Shown: one piece after another, positions 1 to 8,445 of the stretch
Layout: every line of letters starts with the position of its first letter
How positions within the stretch are numbered: the first letter of the stretch is position 1
Source of the DNA: Synechococcus sp. A15-28
GTDB lineage: Bacteria > Cyanobacteriota > Cyanobacteriia > PCC-6307 > Cyanobiaceae
Direction: 5' to 3'
Assembly: GCF_014280175.1 (NCBI RefSeq)
Contig: NZ_CP047931.1
Location: 1,650,001-1,682,000 of the forward strand
DNA length: 32,000 nucleotides
The notes under the pieces: generated by a model
Told to the model about the DNA's origin: nothing
The model's input: only the letters and a program-made list of their open reading frames with translations
Database searches by the model: none
Made by a program: the position numbers and the translations under genes

Positions 1-385
1 GACAGTTCACACCGCTCACCAGCAGCATGGCCGCCGCCAGGGTGCAAGTTATGGCGCCGATGAAGGCGCTTGTGGGGGAAAGGCGACCAGAGGGAAGAGC
101 ACGGCCGCTGGTGCGCGCCATGCGCCCATCCAGATCCTGCTCCCACAGACAGTTGAGAACTCCAGCCGCGGCAGAGGCCAGTGCCCCGCCACCCAGGGTG
201 CAGACCAGACGGGGGGAGGACAAAGGCCATCCCTCGGTGAGAGCCATGCCGCCCAGGGTGGTGGCCAGAAGCAAGGGGATCAGCCTTGGTTTGGCCACTT
301 CAAGCCAAGGGGGGAGCTTGATTCGTTTCCTCGAGGGAACGACCTGATCACGAGTGGGAAGGGCAGCGGAGATGGCTTCAGCCAT
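1..385 (-). CDS. ctaB: Protoheme IX farnesyltransferase (heme O synthase) CtaB, first 128 codons; the rest runs off the left edge
   Basis: Not in the ORF track because there is no stop inside the window. Hand translation of the minus strand from ATG 385-383 is open down to position 2: [149 protein letters not shown] resembles the first Asp-rich motif of UbiA prenyltransferases. The ATG overlaps the ctaA stop (ATGGCTGA), and the ctaA-ctaB pair sits next to ctaCDE. Confidence 0.9.
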   Translation of the reverse strand, partial: MAEAISAALPTRDQVVPSRKRIKLPPWLEVAKPRLIPLLLATTLGGMALTEGWPLSSPRLVCTLGGGALASAAAGVLNCLWEQDLDGRMARTSGRALPSGRLSPTSAFIGAITCTLAAAMLLVSGVNC

Positions 386-1307
386 GACAAGGCTCCAGAG
401 AGGAGTCGTCGAGGACGACGGAACAGGGGACGACAGCAACAGACGCTGGACGGCGCACCAAAAGCGCCGCCAAAAGACCCACCAGCAGCGCTGCCACCAG
501 CTGATGGGCCACCGTGACCAGGGGTTGATCCAGCCCAAGCCGGAGGGTGGTGATGCCGAGGATGACCTGGGTGGCCACCAGCGCCACTGCAGACAGGAGC
601 AGCGGCCACTGACGGCGACTCCACCCACCCGCCAGCAAGGCCACCAGGACAAACAACAGCACCAAACCGGCGACAGGGGCTGCCGCGGAGCGATGCCAGG
701 CCAGCCACCGGCAAGCCTCACCACCGGCCAGGCAGCGCTGGGCTGCCCAGGACGTGGCCATGCGTGCCCCCAGCAGGCACTGGCTCACCACACCGGCAAG
801 GGCAAGGGCGGAGAGGGGACGCCACCACCAGGGAGGCTGACCATCCGTGGACTGCAGCAGACACTGCGTCAATCCGCTGAGCAGAGCCACAAGCGTGAGC
901 GCCAAGGCCAGATGAGCCGTGACCACCGCCGATGGCAGCAACTGCAACACCGTGAGAGCACCGAGGCCACCCTGCAGAGCAACCAGCAACACCAGCGAGC
1001 CACTCATCCAGGGGAGCCATCGAGGCAGGGAACGCCTCCAAAGAACGGAGACGGTGGCCATCACCACCAGGGCGATGCCGATGACGAAGGCATCAAGGCG
1101 ATGGAACCACTCCAGGAACACCTGGATGTTCATCTGACGACCGGGAAGGAGCGTTCCGAAGCAAAGGGGCCAGTCCGGACAGGCCAGACCCGCCTCCATG
1201 ACGCGGGTTGCCCCTCCGATCACCACGAGGGCAACTACAGCAACAACAAGATGAGCCGTGAGACGCCCCAGACGGCGTCGCAGTGGAGTCGTGGAGGAAA
1301 GCATCAT
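378..1307 (-). CDS. ctaA: Heme A synthase (COX15/CtaA family)
   Basis: The track ORF 378..1373 starts at GTG. A tandem ATG ATG at 1307-1302, preceded by GGAGACGAGAGG, is the more likely start. It is a polytopic membrane protein with the motifs [21 protein letters not shown] and [10 protein letters not shown] (conserved Cys pair and His ligands of CtaA). Confidence 0.9.
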   Translation of the reverse strand: MMLSSTTPLRRRLGRLTAHLVVAVVALVVIGGATRVMEAGLACPDWPLCFGTLLPGRQMNIQVFLEWFHRLDAFVIGIALVVMATVSVLWRRSLPRWLPWMSGSLVLLVALQGGLGALTVLQLLPSAVVTAHLALALTLVALLSGLTQCLLQSTDGQPPWWWRPLSALALAGVVSQCLLGARMATSWAAQRCLAGGEACRWLAWHRSAAAPVAGLVLLFVLVALLAGGWSRRQWPLLLSAVALVATQVILGITTLRLGLDQPLVTVAHQLVAALLVGLLAALLVRRPASVAVVPCSVVLDDSSLEPCHG

Positions 1308-1370
1308 CAACCTCTCGTCTCCAGGATTCGAAAAGGTCTGATCGAAACGTAGCGATGGCTGTATGGACGT

Positions 1371-1420
1371 CACCTTGTGTGGAGGTCTGCAACACCTTCG
1401 CCCTCTCCAAGGTGCACCTT
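1371..1420. promoter_or_regulatory. Candidate operator: three CACCTT hexamers spaced 22 bp apart, the last inside the perfect palindrome AAGGTGCACCTT, in the divergent ctaA/ctaC region
   Basis: Read directly from the sequence: CACCTT at 1371-1376, 1393-1398 and 1415-1420, and the palindrome at 1409-1420. No binding factor is known to me, so the function is inferred. Confidence 0.25.
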
Positions 1421-1505
1421 TGCTGACACAACCAGCCCCTTAAGAAACAATCCATGGAGATGCCGAACAAGCTCCATACGCTGAGATCAGTCTGGGATTG
1501 GAGCC

Positions 1506-2321
1506 ATGCAGATCCCATCAGCCATCGTCACTCTGGTGATCGGGATGCTCCTCGCCATTGGGGGGCTTTGGATCGGTCAGAACATCAATCTCCTACCGGT
1601 TGATGCGAGCGTCAACGCACCGATTTACGACGAACTTTTTCGGGTTCTGTTCACAATCGGAACGATTCTGTTTGTGGGCATCGTCGGACTTCTGATCTAC
1701 AGCTTGATCCGATTCCGTCGCCGAAGCGATCAACTCGGTGATGGAATCGCCATCGAAGGCAATCTTCCTTTGGAGATTTTCTGGACTGCCGTCCCGGCTG
1801 TTGTTGTGCTGTTCGTTGGCCTCTACAGCTACGACATCTACGATCGCATGGGCGGAATGGTGCCGCTGGCTCACGACCACATGGCTGGGACCAGTGAAGA
1901 GCGCATCTGGGGCGGAATCAGCTCTGGCTCAACACTGTCTGACAACACCGCAGCCAGCGCACTGCCGATTGATGTGACGGCCATGCAATTTGCCTTTCTC
2001 TTTCATTACCCGGAGGGAGATATCACAGCGGGAGAGCTGCATGTACCGGCAAACCGACCGGTTACGCTGCATATGGAGGCGAAGGATGTGATTCATGCCT
2101 TCTGGGTGCCTGAATTCCGCCTCAAACAGGACGTCATCCCTGGGCAACCGACCCAATTGAGTTTCACGGCCACCCGCCCGGGACGTTATCCAATCGTCTG
2201 CGCAGAGCTCTGCGGCCCGTATCACGGCGGCATGCGCTCCACGGTGGTTGTCGACGAACCTGACGATTGGGATGCCTGGTTCAGCAGCAACGCCAAAACG
2301 GAAGACACCACCACGACTTGA
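1506..2321 (+). CDS. ctaC: Cytochrome c oxidase subunit II
   Basis: ATG start with GGAG 4 nt upstream. Two N-terminal TM helices and the CuA site HAFWVPEFRLKQD...CAELCGPYHGGM. Confidence 0.97.
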   Translation: MQIPSAIVTLVIGMLLAIGGLWIGQNINLLPVDASVNAPIYDELFRVLFTIGTILFVGIVGLLIYSLIRFRRRSDQLGDGIAIEGNLPLEIFWTAVPAVVVLFVGLYSYDIYDRMGGMVPLAHDHMAGTSEERIWGGISSGSTLSDNTAASALPIDVTAMQFAFLFHYPEGDITAGELHVPANRPVTLHMEAKDVIHAFWVPEFRLKQDVIPGQPTQLSFTATRPGRYPIVCAELCGPYHGGMRSTVVVDEPDDWDAWFSSNAKTEDTTTT

Positions 2322-2325
2322 TCCG

Positions 2326-3996
2326 ATGACTGTTGCCATCCCACCTCAGACCAGCTCATCCAGCCCAAGGCTTCAACCCACCGGCTGGCTTCGCTACTTC
2401 AGCTTCAGCGTCGATCACAAGGTGATCGGCCTGCAGTACCTGGTCTGCGGCTTTCTTTTCTATCTGATCGGTGGAGCTCTCGCCGGGGCGATCCGTACGG
2501 AACTAGCCAGTCCGGTCTCGGACTTCATGGCCAGGGATGTTTACAACCAGGTGCTCACCCTGCACGGCACGGTGATGATCTTTCTGTGGATTGTGCCGGT
2601 GGTGAATGGCGCCTTCGGTAATTATCTGATTCCCTTCTATGTGGGCGCGCGGGACATGGCATTCCCGCGACTGAACGCCGTGGCCTTCTGGCTGATCCCT
2701 CCCGCAGGGCTGATGCTGATCACCAGCTATTTCCTCACGGGAGCGGCTCAGTCGGGCTGGACCGCCTATCCACCCTTGAGCATCACCACGCCTGCCACAG
2801 GTCAGATCATCTGGATCCTCAGTGTTCTTCTCCTGGGGGGGAGTTCCATTTTCGGTGGCATCAATTTCATCGCGACGATTCTCAAGCTCCGCCGCCCCGG
2901 ACTGAAGTTGATGCAACTGCCGATGTACTGCTGGGCAATGCTGGGCACCAGCATTCTGGTGGTTCTGTCCACGCCGGTTTTGGCCGGAACCCTGGTGTTG
3001 CTGAGTTTTGACATCGTGGCTCACACTGGATTCTTCAACCCAGCTCTCGGAGGCAATGTCGTTGTTTATCAACATCTGTTCTGGTTTTATTCCCACCCAG
3101 CGGTTTACATCATGGTGCTGCCGGCCTTCGGCCTGGTGAGCGAAATTCTGCCCGTACACGCGCGCAAACCGCTGTTCGGCTACGTAACGATGGTCTATTC
3201 GATCATGGCAATTGTGGTGCTCGGCCTGGTCGTCTGGGCGCACCACATGTTCACCAGTGGCACGCCGCCCTGGATGCGCTTGTTCTTCACGATCGCCACC
3301 GCCTTCATTGCCGTTCCGACAGGAATCAAATTCTTCAACTGGCTGGCCACCCTCTGGGGAGGGCGCATCACCCTGAACAGCGCGATGCTGTTTTCCTGCG
3401 GCTTCATCGTCAATTTCGTGCTGGGGGGCATCACCGGTGTGGCCCTCGCCCAGGTTCCCTTCGACATTCATGTGCACGACACCTACTTCGTGGTGGCTCA
3501 CTTCCACTACATCGTCTTTGGTGGGTCGGTGTTCGTGATCTTCGCCTCGGTGTACCACTGGTATCCGAAGTTCACGGGACGGATGCTTAATGAAGATCTA
3601 GGGCGCCTTCACGGCGCCCTCACCTTCATCGGGTTCAACCTCTGTTTTGGTCCCCAGCACTGGCTGGGTCTGAATGGCATGCCGCGGCGCGTCGCCGAAT
3701 ACGACCCGCAGTTCACGTTGATCAATCAGATCAGTTCGGTTGGAGCTTTGCTCATGGCGATCAGCACCCTTCCATTTCTCTGGAACGTTGTGCAAAGCGC
3801 CCTCAGCGGCAAACCCGCCGGAGACAACCCCTGGAATGCCCTCACACCGGAATGGCTGACCAGTTCACCGCCACCGGTGGAGAACTGGATCGGGGAAGCT
3901 CCTCTTGTGGAGGAGCCCTATGGCTACGGCGTTCCCGTTGATCAACTTGACCTGACCGCCACCAGCGGTCGTGACCTCTGGAGCAGCGGCAAATGA
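2326..3996 (+). CDS. ctaD: Cytochrome c oxidase subunit I
   Basis: The track ORF begins at 2248 inside ctaC. ATG 2326 (MTVAIPPQ...), 4 nt after the ctaC stop, is the likely start. Heme-copper oxidase signatures are present: WFYSHPAVYIMVLPAFG, VWAHHMF, HDTYFVVAHFHYI. Confidence 0.97.
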   Translation: MTVAIPPQTSSSSPRLQPTGWLRYFSFSVDHKVIGLQYLVCGFLFYLIGGALAGAIRTELASPVSDFMARDVYNQVLTLHGTVMIFLWIVPVVNGAFGNYLIPFYVGARDMAFPRLNAVAFWLIPPAGLMLITSYFLTGAAQSGWTAYPPLSITTPATGQIIWILSVLLLGGSSIFGGINFIATILKLRRPGLKLMQLPMYCWAMLGTSILVVLSTPVLAGTLVLLSFDIVAHTGFFNPALGGNVVVYQHLFWFYSHPAVYIMVLPAFGLVSEILPVHARKPLFGYVTMVYSIMAIVVLGLVVWAHHMFTSGTPPWMRLFFTIATAFIAVPTGIKFFNWLATLWGGRITLNSAMLFSCGFIVNFVLGGITGVALAQVPFDIHVHDTYFVVAHFHYIVFGGSVFVIFASVYHWYPKFTGRMLNEDLGRLHGALTFIGFNLCFGPQHWLGLNGMPRRVAEYDPQFTLINQISSVGALLMAISTLPFLWNVVQSALSGKPAGDNPWNALTPEWLTSSPPPVENWIGEAPLVEEPYGYGVPVDQLDLTATSGRDLWSSGK

Positions 3997-4601
3997 CCTC
4001 GACACTTCCTGTGCAGCCTGAAAGCTCACCTGCCATAGACCCCCACGGGCACGAGGAGCACGCTGACCACCGCATGTTCGGCCTGGCCACCTTTCTCGTT
4101 GCTGATGCGATGACCTTCGCCGGCTTTTTCGCGGCCTACCTCACCTTCAAGGCCGTCAACCCCTTGCCGGAGGGAGCCATCTACGAGCTCGAGCTGCCGC
4201 TGCCCATCCTCAACACGGTGTTGTTGCTGGTGAGCAGTGCCACATTTCACAAGGCTGGGCAGGCCATCCGCCAGAACCTTCAAAGCCGTTGCCGCAACTG
4301 GTTGCTGGTCACCGCAGGGTTGGGACTGGCCTTTCTGGTCAGTCAGATGGTCGAATACTTCACCCTCCCCTTCGGTCTGACCGACAACCTGTTCGCGAGC
4401 ACCTTTTTTGCCGCCACAGGATTCCATGGATTGCACGTCACCCTTGGTGCTCTGATGATCCTGATCGTCTGGTGGCAAGCAAGTACCGACGGTGGACGCG
4501 TGACGGCAGACAATCACTTTCCCCTTGAAGCGGCCGAGCTGTACTGGCACTTCGTGGATGGAATCTGGGTGATTTTGTTCATCATCCTCTATTTACTCTG
4601 A
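3993..4601 (+). CDS. ctaE: Cytochrome c oxidase subunit III
   Basis: ATGA overlap with the ctaD stop. A 202-aa membrane protein with GFHGLHVTLG and YWHFVDGIWV motifs. Confidence 0.95.
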   Translation: MTSTLPVQPESSPAIDPHGHEEHADHRMFGLATFLVADAMTFAGFFAAYLTFKAVNPLPEGAIYELELPLPILNTVLLLVSSATFHKAGQAIRQNLQSRCRNWLLVTAGLGLAFLVSQMVEYFTLPFGLTDNLFASTFFAATGFHGLHVTLGALMILIVWWQASTDGGRVTADNHFPLEAAELYWHFVDGIWVILFIILYLL

Positions 4602-4619
4602 TCGCTTGCCAGGGCTGGG

Positions 4620-5096
4620 ATGCATGGCCACAATTCATTTGAATTGATTGCGGAAATGCTGGTCGGCAAAGAACTGCTGGACAAGGCCAGATCGCTCAGC
4701 AATCGGCCGGAGGATGACATCGCGAGAGGTTGTGGTTACGTCGGTCCCAGTGGCCGATTGCTCAAGAAGAGCTTTTACCGAGCGCTGGTCGAAGCAAAAG
4801 CAGAGGCCCAGGGTTGGCAACTGCCTCGAAGCACAACCAGCGGTGGAGGCAGTGGAAGCCGCGGCCGTCAGGCCGAATTCCGCACCCGAGTGCATGGCAA
4901 CGGCAATCTGCTGATCGGTCACGCCTACACCAAGCGTCTGGGCCTGGAACCTGGACAGGAATTCCGGATCGAACTGAACCGCGACTCCAGGTCCATCTGC
5001 CTGCTCCCACTGAACGACGAGACGACGGAAAGGACTGGCGATCAGGTCCAGCCGTTCTCAGAAAGCCAGTCCTCCGAAATGGCCGGTGTGGAGTGA
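4620..5096 (+). CDS. cyAbrB-type (cyanobacterial AbrB-like) transcriptional regulator
   Basis: The architecture is typical of cyAbrB proteins. N-terminal region GKELLDKARSLS...DIARGCGYV, a Gly/Ser linker, and a C-terminal AbrB/SpoVT-like swapped-hairpin segment VHGNGNLLIGHAYTKRLGLEPGQEFRIEL. Recognised from memory of Sll0359/Sll0822-like proteins, not verified. Confidence 0.7.
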   Translation: MHGHNSFELIAEMLVGKELLDKARSLSNRPEDDIARGCGYVGPSGRLLKKSFYRALVEAKAEAQGWQLPRSTTSGGGSGSRGRQAEFRTRVHGNGNLLIGHAYTKRLGLEPGQEFRIELNRDSRSICLLPLNDETTERTGDQVQPFSESQSSEMAGVE

Positions 5097-5695
5097 TGGT
5101 TGTCCTGACCATCGGCCACAAGGAGCCGTTCTGCGTAACGCGCTAATTGATCAGCCTCCAGGTTCACGTGGTCTCCCACGACCAGTCTGCTCAAGGTGGT
5201 AACGCTCCAAGTGTGGGGAATCACCGCCAGTTCAAAGGTCACGCCATCATCTGAACACGAAGCCACGGTGAGGCTGATGCCGTCGACCGCGATGCTGGCT
5301 TTTTCGCAGACATAGCGCCCGAAGCGTGGCTCGTTCCAGCGCAGCCCCAGCTGCCAGGACTGGGGACGTTCCACAACATCAATCACCTCACCGACCGCAT
5401 CGATGTGACCGCTGACCAGATGTCCGCCAAGGCGATCACTGAGCCGCAGGGCAGGCTCCAGGTTCACAACCCCACCCTGTTCCGCCTTGCGTCCCAGCGT
5501 GGTTCGCTGCAGGGTCTCCTCGCTGACGTCTGCACGAAAGCCCTCACCGACACATTCGGCCACCGTGAGGCAGACCCCATCCACGGCGACGCTGTCGCCA
5601 AGGCTCAGGGGGCCGAAGGGTTCACAGCCTTCCACGAGCAAACCTTTCCCCCGGCGCTGAATCCGACCCACTGCCTGGACTAATCCTGTGAACAT
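5042..5695 (-). CDS. ribE: Riboflavin synthase alpha chain
   Basis: MFTGLVQAVG start and two lumazine-binding repeats (GDSVAVDGVCLTV and ASIAVDGISLTV). Confidence 0.93.
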   Translation of the reverse strand: MFTGLVQAVGRIQRRGKGLLVEGCEPFGPLSLGDSVAVDGVCLTVAECVGEGFRADVSEETLQRTTLGRKAEQGGVVNLEPALRLSDRLGGHLVSGHIDAVGEVIDVVERPQSWQLGLRWNEPRFGRYVCEKASIAVDGISLTVASCSDDGVTFELAVIPHTWSVTTLSRLVVGDHVNLEADQLARYAERLLVADGQDNHHSTPAISEDWLSENGWT

Positions 5696-5752
5696 GGCTC
5701 AGCGCCCGATCCCTTCCCACTGGTCATAATCGGTTAGTGCTGCAGCGCCGCC

Positions 5753-6316
5753 ATGGTGGAGATGAGCGTTGCCGGTATTGCTCTCGACGCGGCGAGTCGT
5801 ACGCCGATCGTTCTGCTGAGAGATCCAAGCGGTCGGCGCCAGGTTCCGATCTGGATCGACCAGACCCAGGCCCACAACATCATGGCTGGATTGCAGGGGA
5901 CGGAACAGCCTCGCCCCCTCAGCCACGACCTCATGGCCGCTTTGCTCGTGGCCGGTGGTCTTGAGCTGGAGCGGGTCATCGTTCATGCCATCGAAGACAG
6001 CACCTTTCATGCGGTGCTCAAGCTCCGGCAAACCGATCCGTTGGAGCAGGCCGATGAGGAGAACACCGTCCTCCATGACGTGGATGCTCGCCCGAGTGAT
6101 GCCATTGCCCTGGCGGTGCGAACCGGCAGCAGCATCTGGATGCTGGAGGAGGTGGTGGCGGAAGCCTCCATTGCCGTGGATGCCGAAGCGGATGCCCGAG
6201 ACCAGAGCGACTTCAACCGTTTCGTGGACGACCTCAGCCCCGCCGCCCTGGTGAAGCACCTGCGCCACCGCCATCAAGGGCAGGATCCTGGGCCGGACAG
6301 CCCAGATCAGGGGTGA
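5753..6316 (+). CDS. Bifunctional nuclease family protein (BFN/DUF151 domain)
   Basis: MVEMSVAGIALDAASRTPIVLLRDPSGRRQVPIWIDQTQAHNI...RPLSHDL...ARPSDAIALAVRTGSSIW matches the DUF151 pattern. CATAAT sits 22 nt upstream of the ATG. Confidence 0.8.
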   Translation: MVEMSVAGIALDAASRTPIVLLRDPSGRRQVPIWIDQTQAHNIMAGLQGTEQPRPLSHDLMAALLVAGGLELERVIVHAIEDSTFHAVLKLRQTDPLEQADEENTVLHDVDARPSDAIALAVRTGSSIWMLEEVVAEASIAVDAEADARDQSDFNRFVDDLSPAALVKHLRHRHQGQDPGPDSPDQG

Positions 6317-7431
6317 GACGTCCCTTCGGGACTGGACGACCGGTCAGCCTGTTCACCCTCGGCACCATGCGGGCCCTCGGCTCGGTCGAACAGATGAGCG
6401 AGGTGCTTCAGGCAGCGGTCCTCGCCGGAATCAATCACCTCGAAACGGCTCCGGCCTACGGCCCGGCGGAGGACTTCCTGGGCCAGGCACTGCAGCGAGC
6501 GGACCGACAGCCCGATGGAGGCTGGGTGATGACCAGCAAGCTGCTGCCGGGCCTGTCCCTGAGGGAAGGCAAGCATCAGCTGCTGAAGATCCTGGAACGT
6601 CTGGGCTGCAACAAGCTCGACAACCTAGCCATCCATGGCCTCAACCGGCCCGAGCATCTCGACTGGGCCCTGCAGGGGGATGGCAGGGCCTTGCTGGACT
6701 GGGCCCAGGGGGAGGGCCACACCGTCCAGGTGGGGTTCAGCAGCCATGGCAGCCAGGACCTGATCGCAACAGCCATCAGCAGTGGGCGATTCCAGTTCTG
6801 CAGCCTGCATCTCCACCTGCTGGATCCCCAGCGGCTGCCGCTGGCCCTACGGGCCTTGAAGCGGGGCATGGGGATCCTGGCGATTTCTCCGGCGGACAAG
6901 GGCGGACGCCTGCAGGCGCCAAGTCCAACCCTGAAAAGCGATTGCGCCCCGTTCACCCCCCTGCAACTGGCCTATCGCTTTCTGCTGGCCCAGGGGATCT
7001 CCACCCTCAGCGTCGGAGCAGCCAAGGCCTCGGATCTCGCGCTCGCCGCTGCGCTTCAACGCAGTGATTCACCCCTCACAGCAGAGGAACAATCCAGCCT
7101 GCAGCGGTTAGCAGACCATCGCCGAGGGCGTTTGGGATCCGATCTCTGCGGGCAGTGCCAGGCCTGTCTGCCCTGCCCGAATGAGGTGCCCATTCCAGAG
7201 CTGCTGCGGTTGCGCAATCTGGCCATCGGCCATGACATGACCCCCTTCTGCCAGGAGCGATACAACCTCATCGGAAGAGCCGGTCACTGGTGGGAAACCC
7301 TGGATGCCAGCGCATGTCAGCGCTGTGGGGATTGCCTGCCCCGCTGTCCTCACCAGCTGAAGATTCCAGACTTGCTGGCGGACACCCACCGTCGATTGCA
7401 GGCGGCCCCGCGACGCCGGTTATGGGGCTGA
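6313..7431 (+). CDS. Aldo/keto reductase with C-terminal Cys-rich (4Fe-4S-type) region
   Basis: GTG start in a GTGA overlap with the upstream stop. AKR N-terminus (SLFTLGTMR...GINHLETAPAYG) and two Cys clusters, CGQCQACLPC and CQRCGDCLPRCP (COG1453-like). Confidence 0.85.
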   Translation: MRRPFGTGRPVSLFTLGTMRALGSVEQMSEVLQAAVLAGINHLETAPAYGPAEDFLGQALQRADRQPDGGWVMTSKLLPGLSLREGKHQLLKILERLGCNKLDNLAIHGLNRPEHLDWALQGDGRALLDWAQGEGHTVQVGFSSHGSQDLIATAISSGRFQFCSLHLHLLDPQRLPLALRALKRGMGILAISPADKGGRLQAPSPTLKSDCAPFTPLQLAYRFLLAQGISTLSVGAAKASDLALAAALQRSDSPLTAEEQSSLQRLADHRRGRLGSDLCGQCQACLPCPNEVPIPELLRLRNLAIGHDMTPFCQERYNLIGRAGHWWETLDASACQRCGDCLPRCPHQLKIPDLLADTHRRLQAAPRRRLWG

Positions 7432-8445
7432 GGCACGCCAGCGGTCCTGCAGCACCAATCGCTCCTCCTCCATCAACGGGGGCAACGACCAGCAACGCTC
7501 CCAGCGTGATGCCGGGGGAAGCAGCAGATCTCGCCAAGGCTTGGGCAGGTCTTGACGATCCAGCTCCATCGCGTCGGCCTCAAGCGGTGCACGCCAGCCA
7601 GTTAGCAGCAGTTTGCGGCGAAGGGGAGAGGTCCAGGCCGCGTCAACCCAGGCCTGGGGGAGTGGCTCTCTGGTTTCCTTGGGACGCACCAGCAGCGTCC
7701 AGTGCAATGGGGCTCCTTGAGCGGGAAGCACGGCCGTCAGACGTGGATCACGGCGCAACAGGGGCATGCAGCGCTGCAGGGGCAGCACCACCACCCGGGC
7801 CTTGTCCTTGAGCAACCAGTTGGTGGCGCGGCGGTCGTCCATGGTCAGCAGCTGCTGCCGCAGACGTCGCAGGGTGGAGCGCCCCCCACAACGATCCGCC
7901 AGATCGATCACCCAACGTGGACTCGCGGGAAGAATCACTCGTCCGCGTAGGGACGGTTGCAGAAGCACATCCCAACCTGCCCTGGCCGCTTCGGCCCAGG
8001 CAGCGCCGTTGCGGAACAGCATCACCCAGGGACTCACTCCGACCGGCAACACCTTTCCCGCAAGCAGTTCACCCTGCAGTGCCAGGAGGCGTTGTGCCTG
8101 AGCACCAAGTCTCTGCTCCAAGGGTGGCGCCTGGATCCGCTGCAGTTGATCCGGCGGCAGCCCCTGCAACCATCCGTCGTTGAGGGCCAGCAGATCGCCG
8201 CCGACCCGTTCCTGGTCATCACGGTCCTGGTCATCTCGGTCCGTGGTCTCGGCCTCCTGCCAGGACCAGGTCCAGGGGGATGGCAGCTGCTCCGACCAGG
8301 GCTTGGGAAGGAGGCCGCGGGCAGCACGGAGCTGCGGTGGTGCCGTTCCCCTGCGGCAGGCCGCCACAAGGCCGGCACCGGCGACAGCCCCCAGCTGCAG
8401 CAGGCGGCGACGACTGACCCGACTGGAAAAACCGCTTGCCCTCAT
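7420..8445 (-). CDS. Tat-signal lipoprotein, periplasmic solute-binding-protein-like (function uncertain)
   Basis: N-terminus SRRRLLQLGAVAGAGLVAAC is a twin-arginine motif plus a lipobox Cys. ATGA overlap with the upstream gene. The similarity to PotD-like binding proteins is only my impression. It contains a DRDDQDRDDQ repeat. Confidence 0.5.
   Translation of the reverse strand: MRASGFSSRVSRRRLLQLGAVAGAGLVAACRRGTAPPQLRAARGLLPKPWSEQLPSPWTWSWQEAETTDRDDQDRDDQERVGGDLLALNDGWLQGLPPDQLQRIQAPPLEQRLGAQAQRLLALQGELLAGKVLPVGVSPWVMLFRNGAAWAEAARAGWDVLLQPSLRGRVILPASPRWVIDLADRCGGRSTLRRLRQQLLTMDDRRATNWLLKDKARVVVLPLQRCMPLLRRDPRLTAVLPAQGAPLHWTLLVRPKETREPLPQAWVDAAWTSPLRRKLLLTGWRAPLEADAMELDRQDLPKPWRDLLLPPASRWERCWSLPPLMEEERLVLQDRWRASAP

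Noticed and set aside
354-1352. 332-aa plus-strand ORF (and the 280..714 and 718..1041 minus-strand ORFs) overlapping ctaA/ctaB
   Set aside because: It lies antisense or out of frame to a clearly recognisable heme A synthase gene. The translation is Arg/Gln/Gly/His-rich and low-complexity with no domain signature. High GC suppresses stop codons in non-coding frames.
2248-2325. N-terminal extension of ctaD (and similar upstream extensions of vipp1, GT4, DMT, aminotransferase, yidC and the PH-protein ORFs in the track)
   Set aside because: The extensions lie inside the preceding gene. Conserved N-termini begin at internal ATG or GTG codons that sit at or just after the upstream stop codon.
2503-3558. 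351-aa minus-strand ORF antisense to ctaD
   Set aside because: Same GC artefact as above. The plus-strand frame encodes a textbook cytochrome oxidase subunit I, while the antisense product is a His/Arg/Glu/Gly-rich non-protein-like string.
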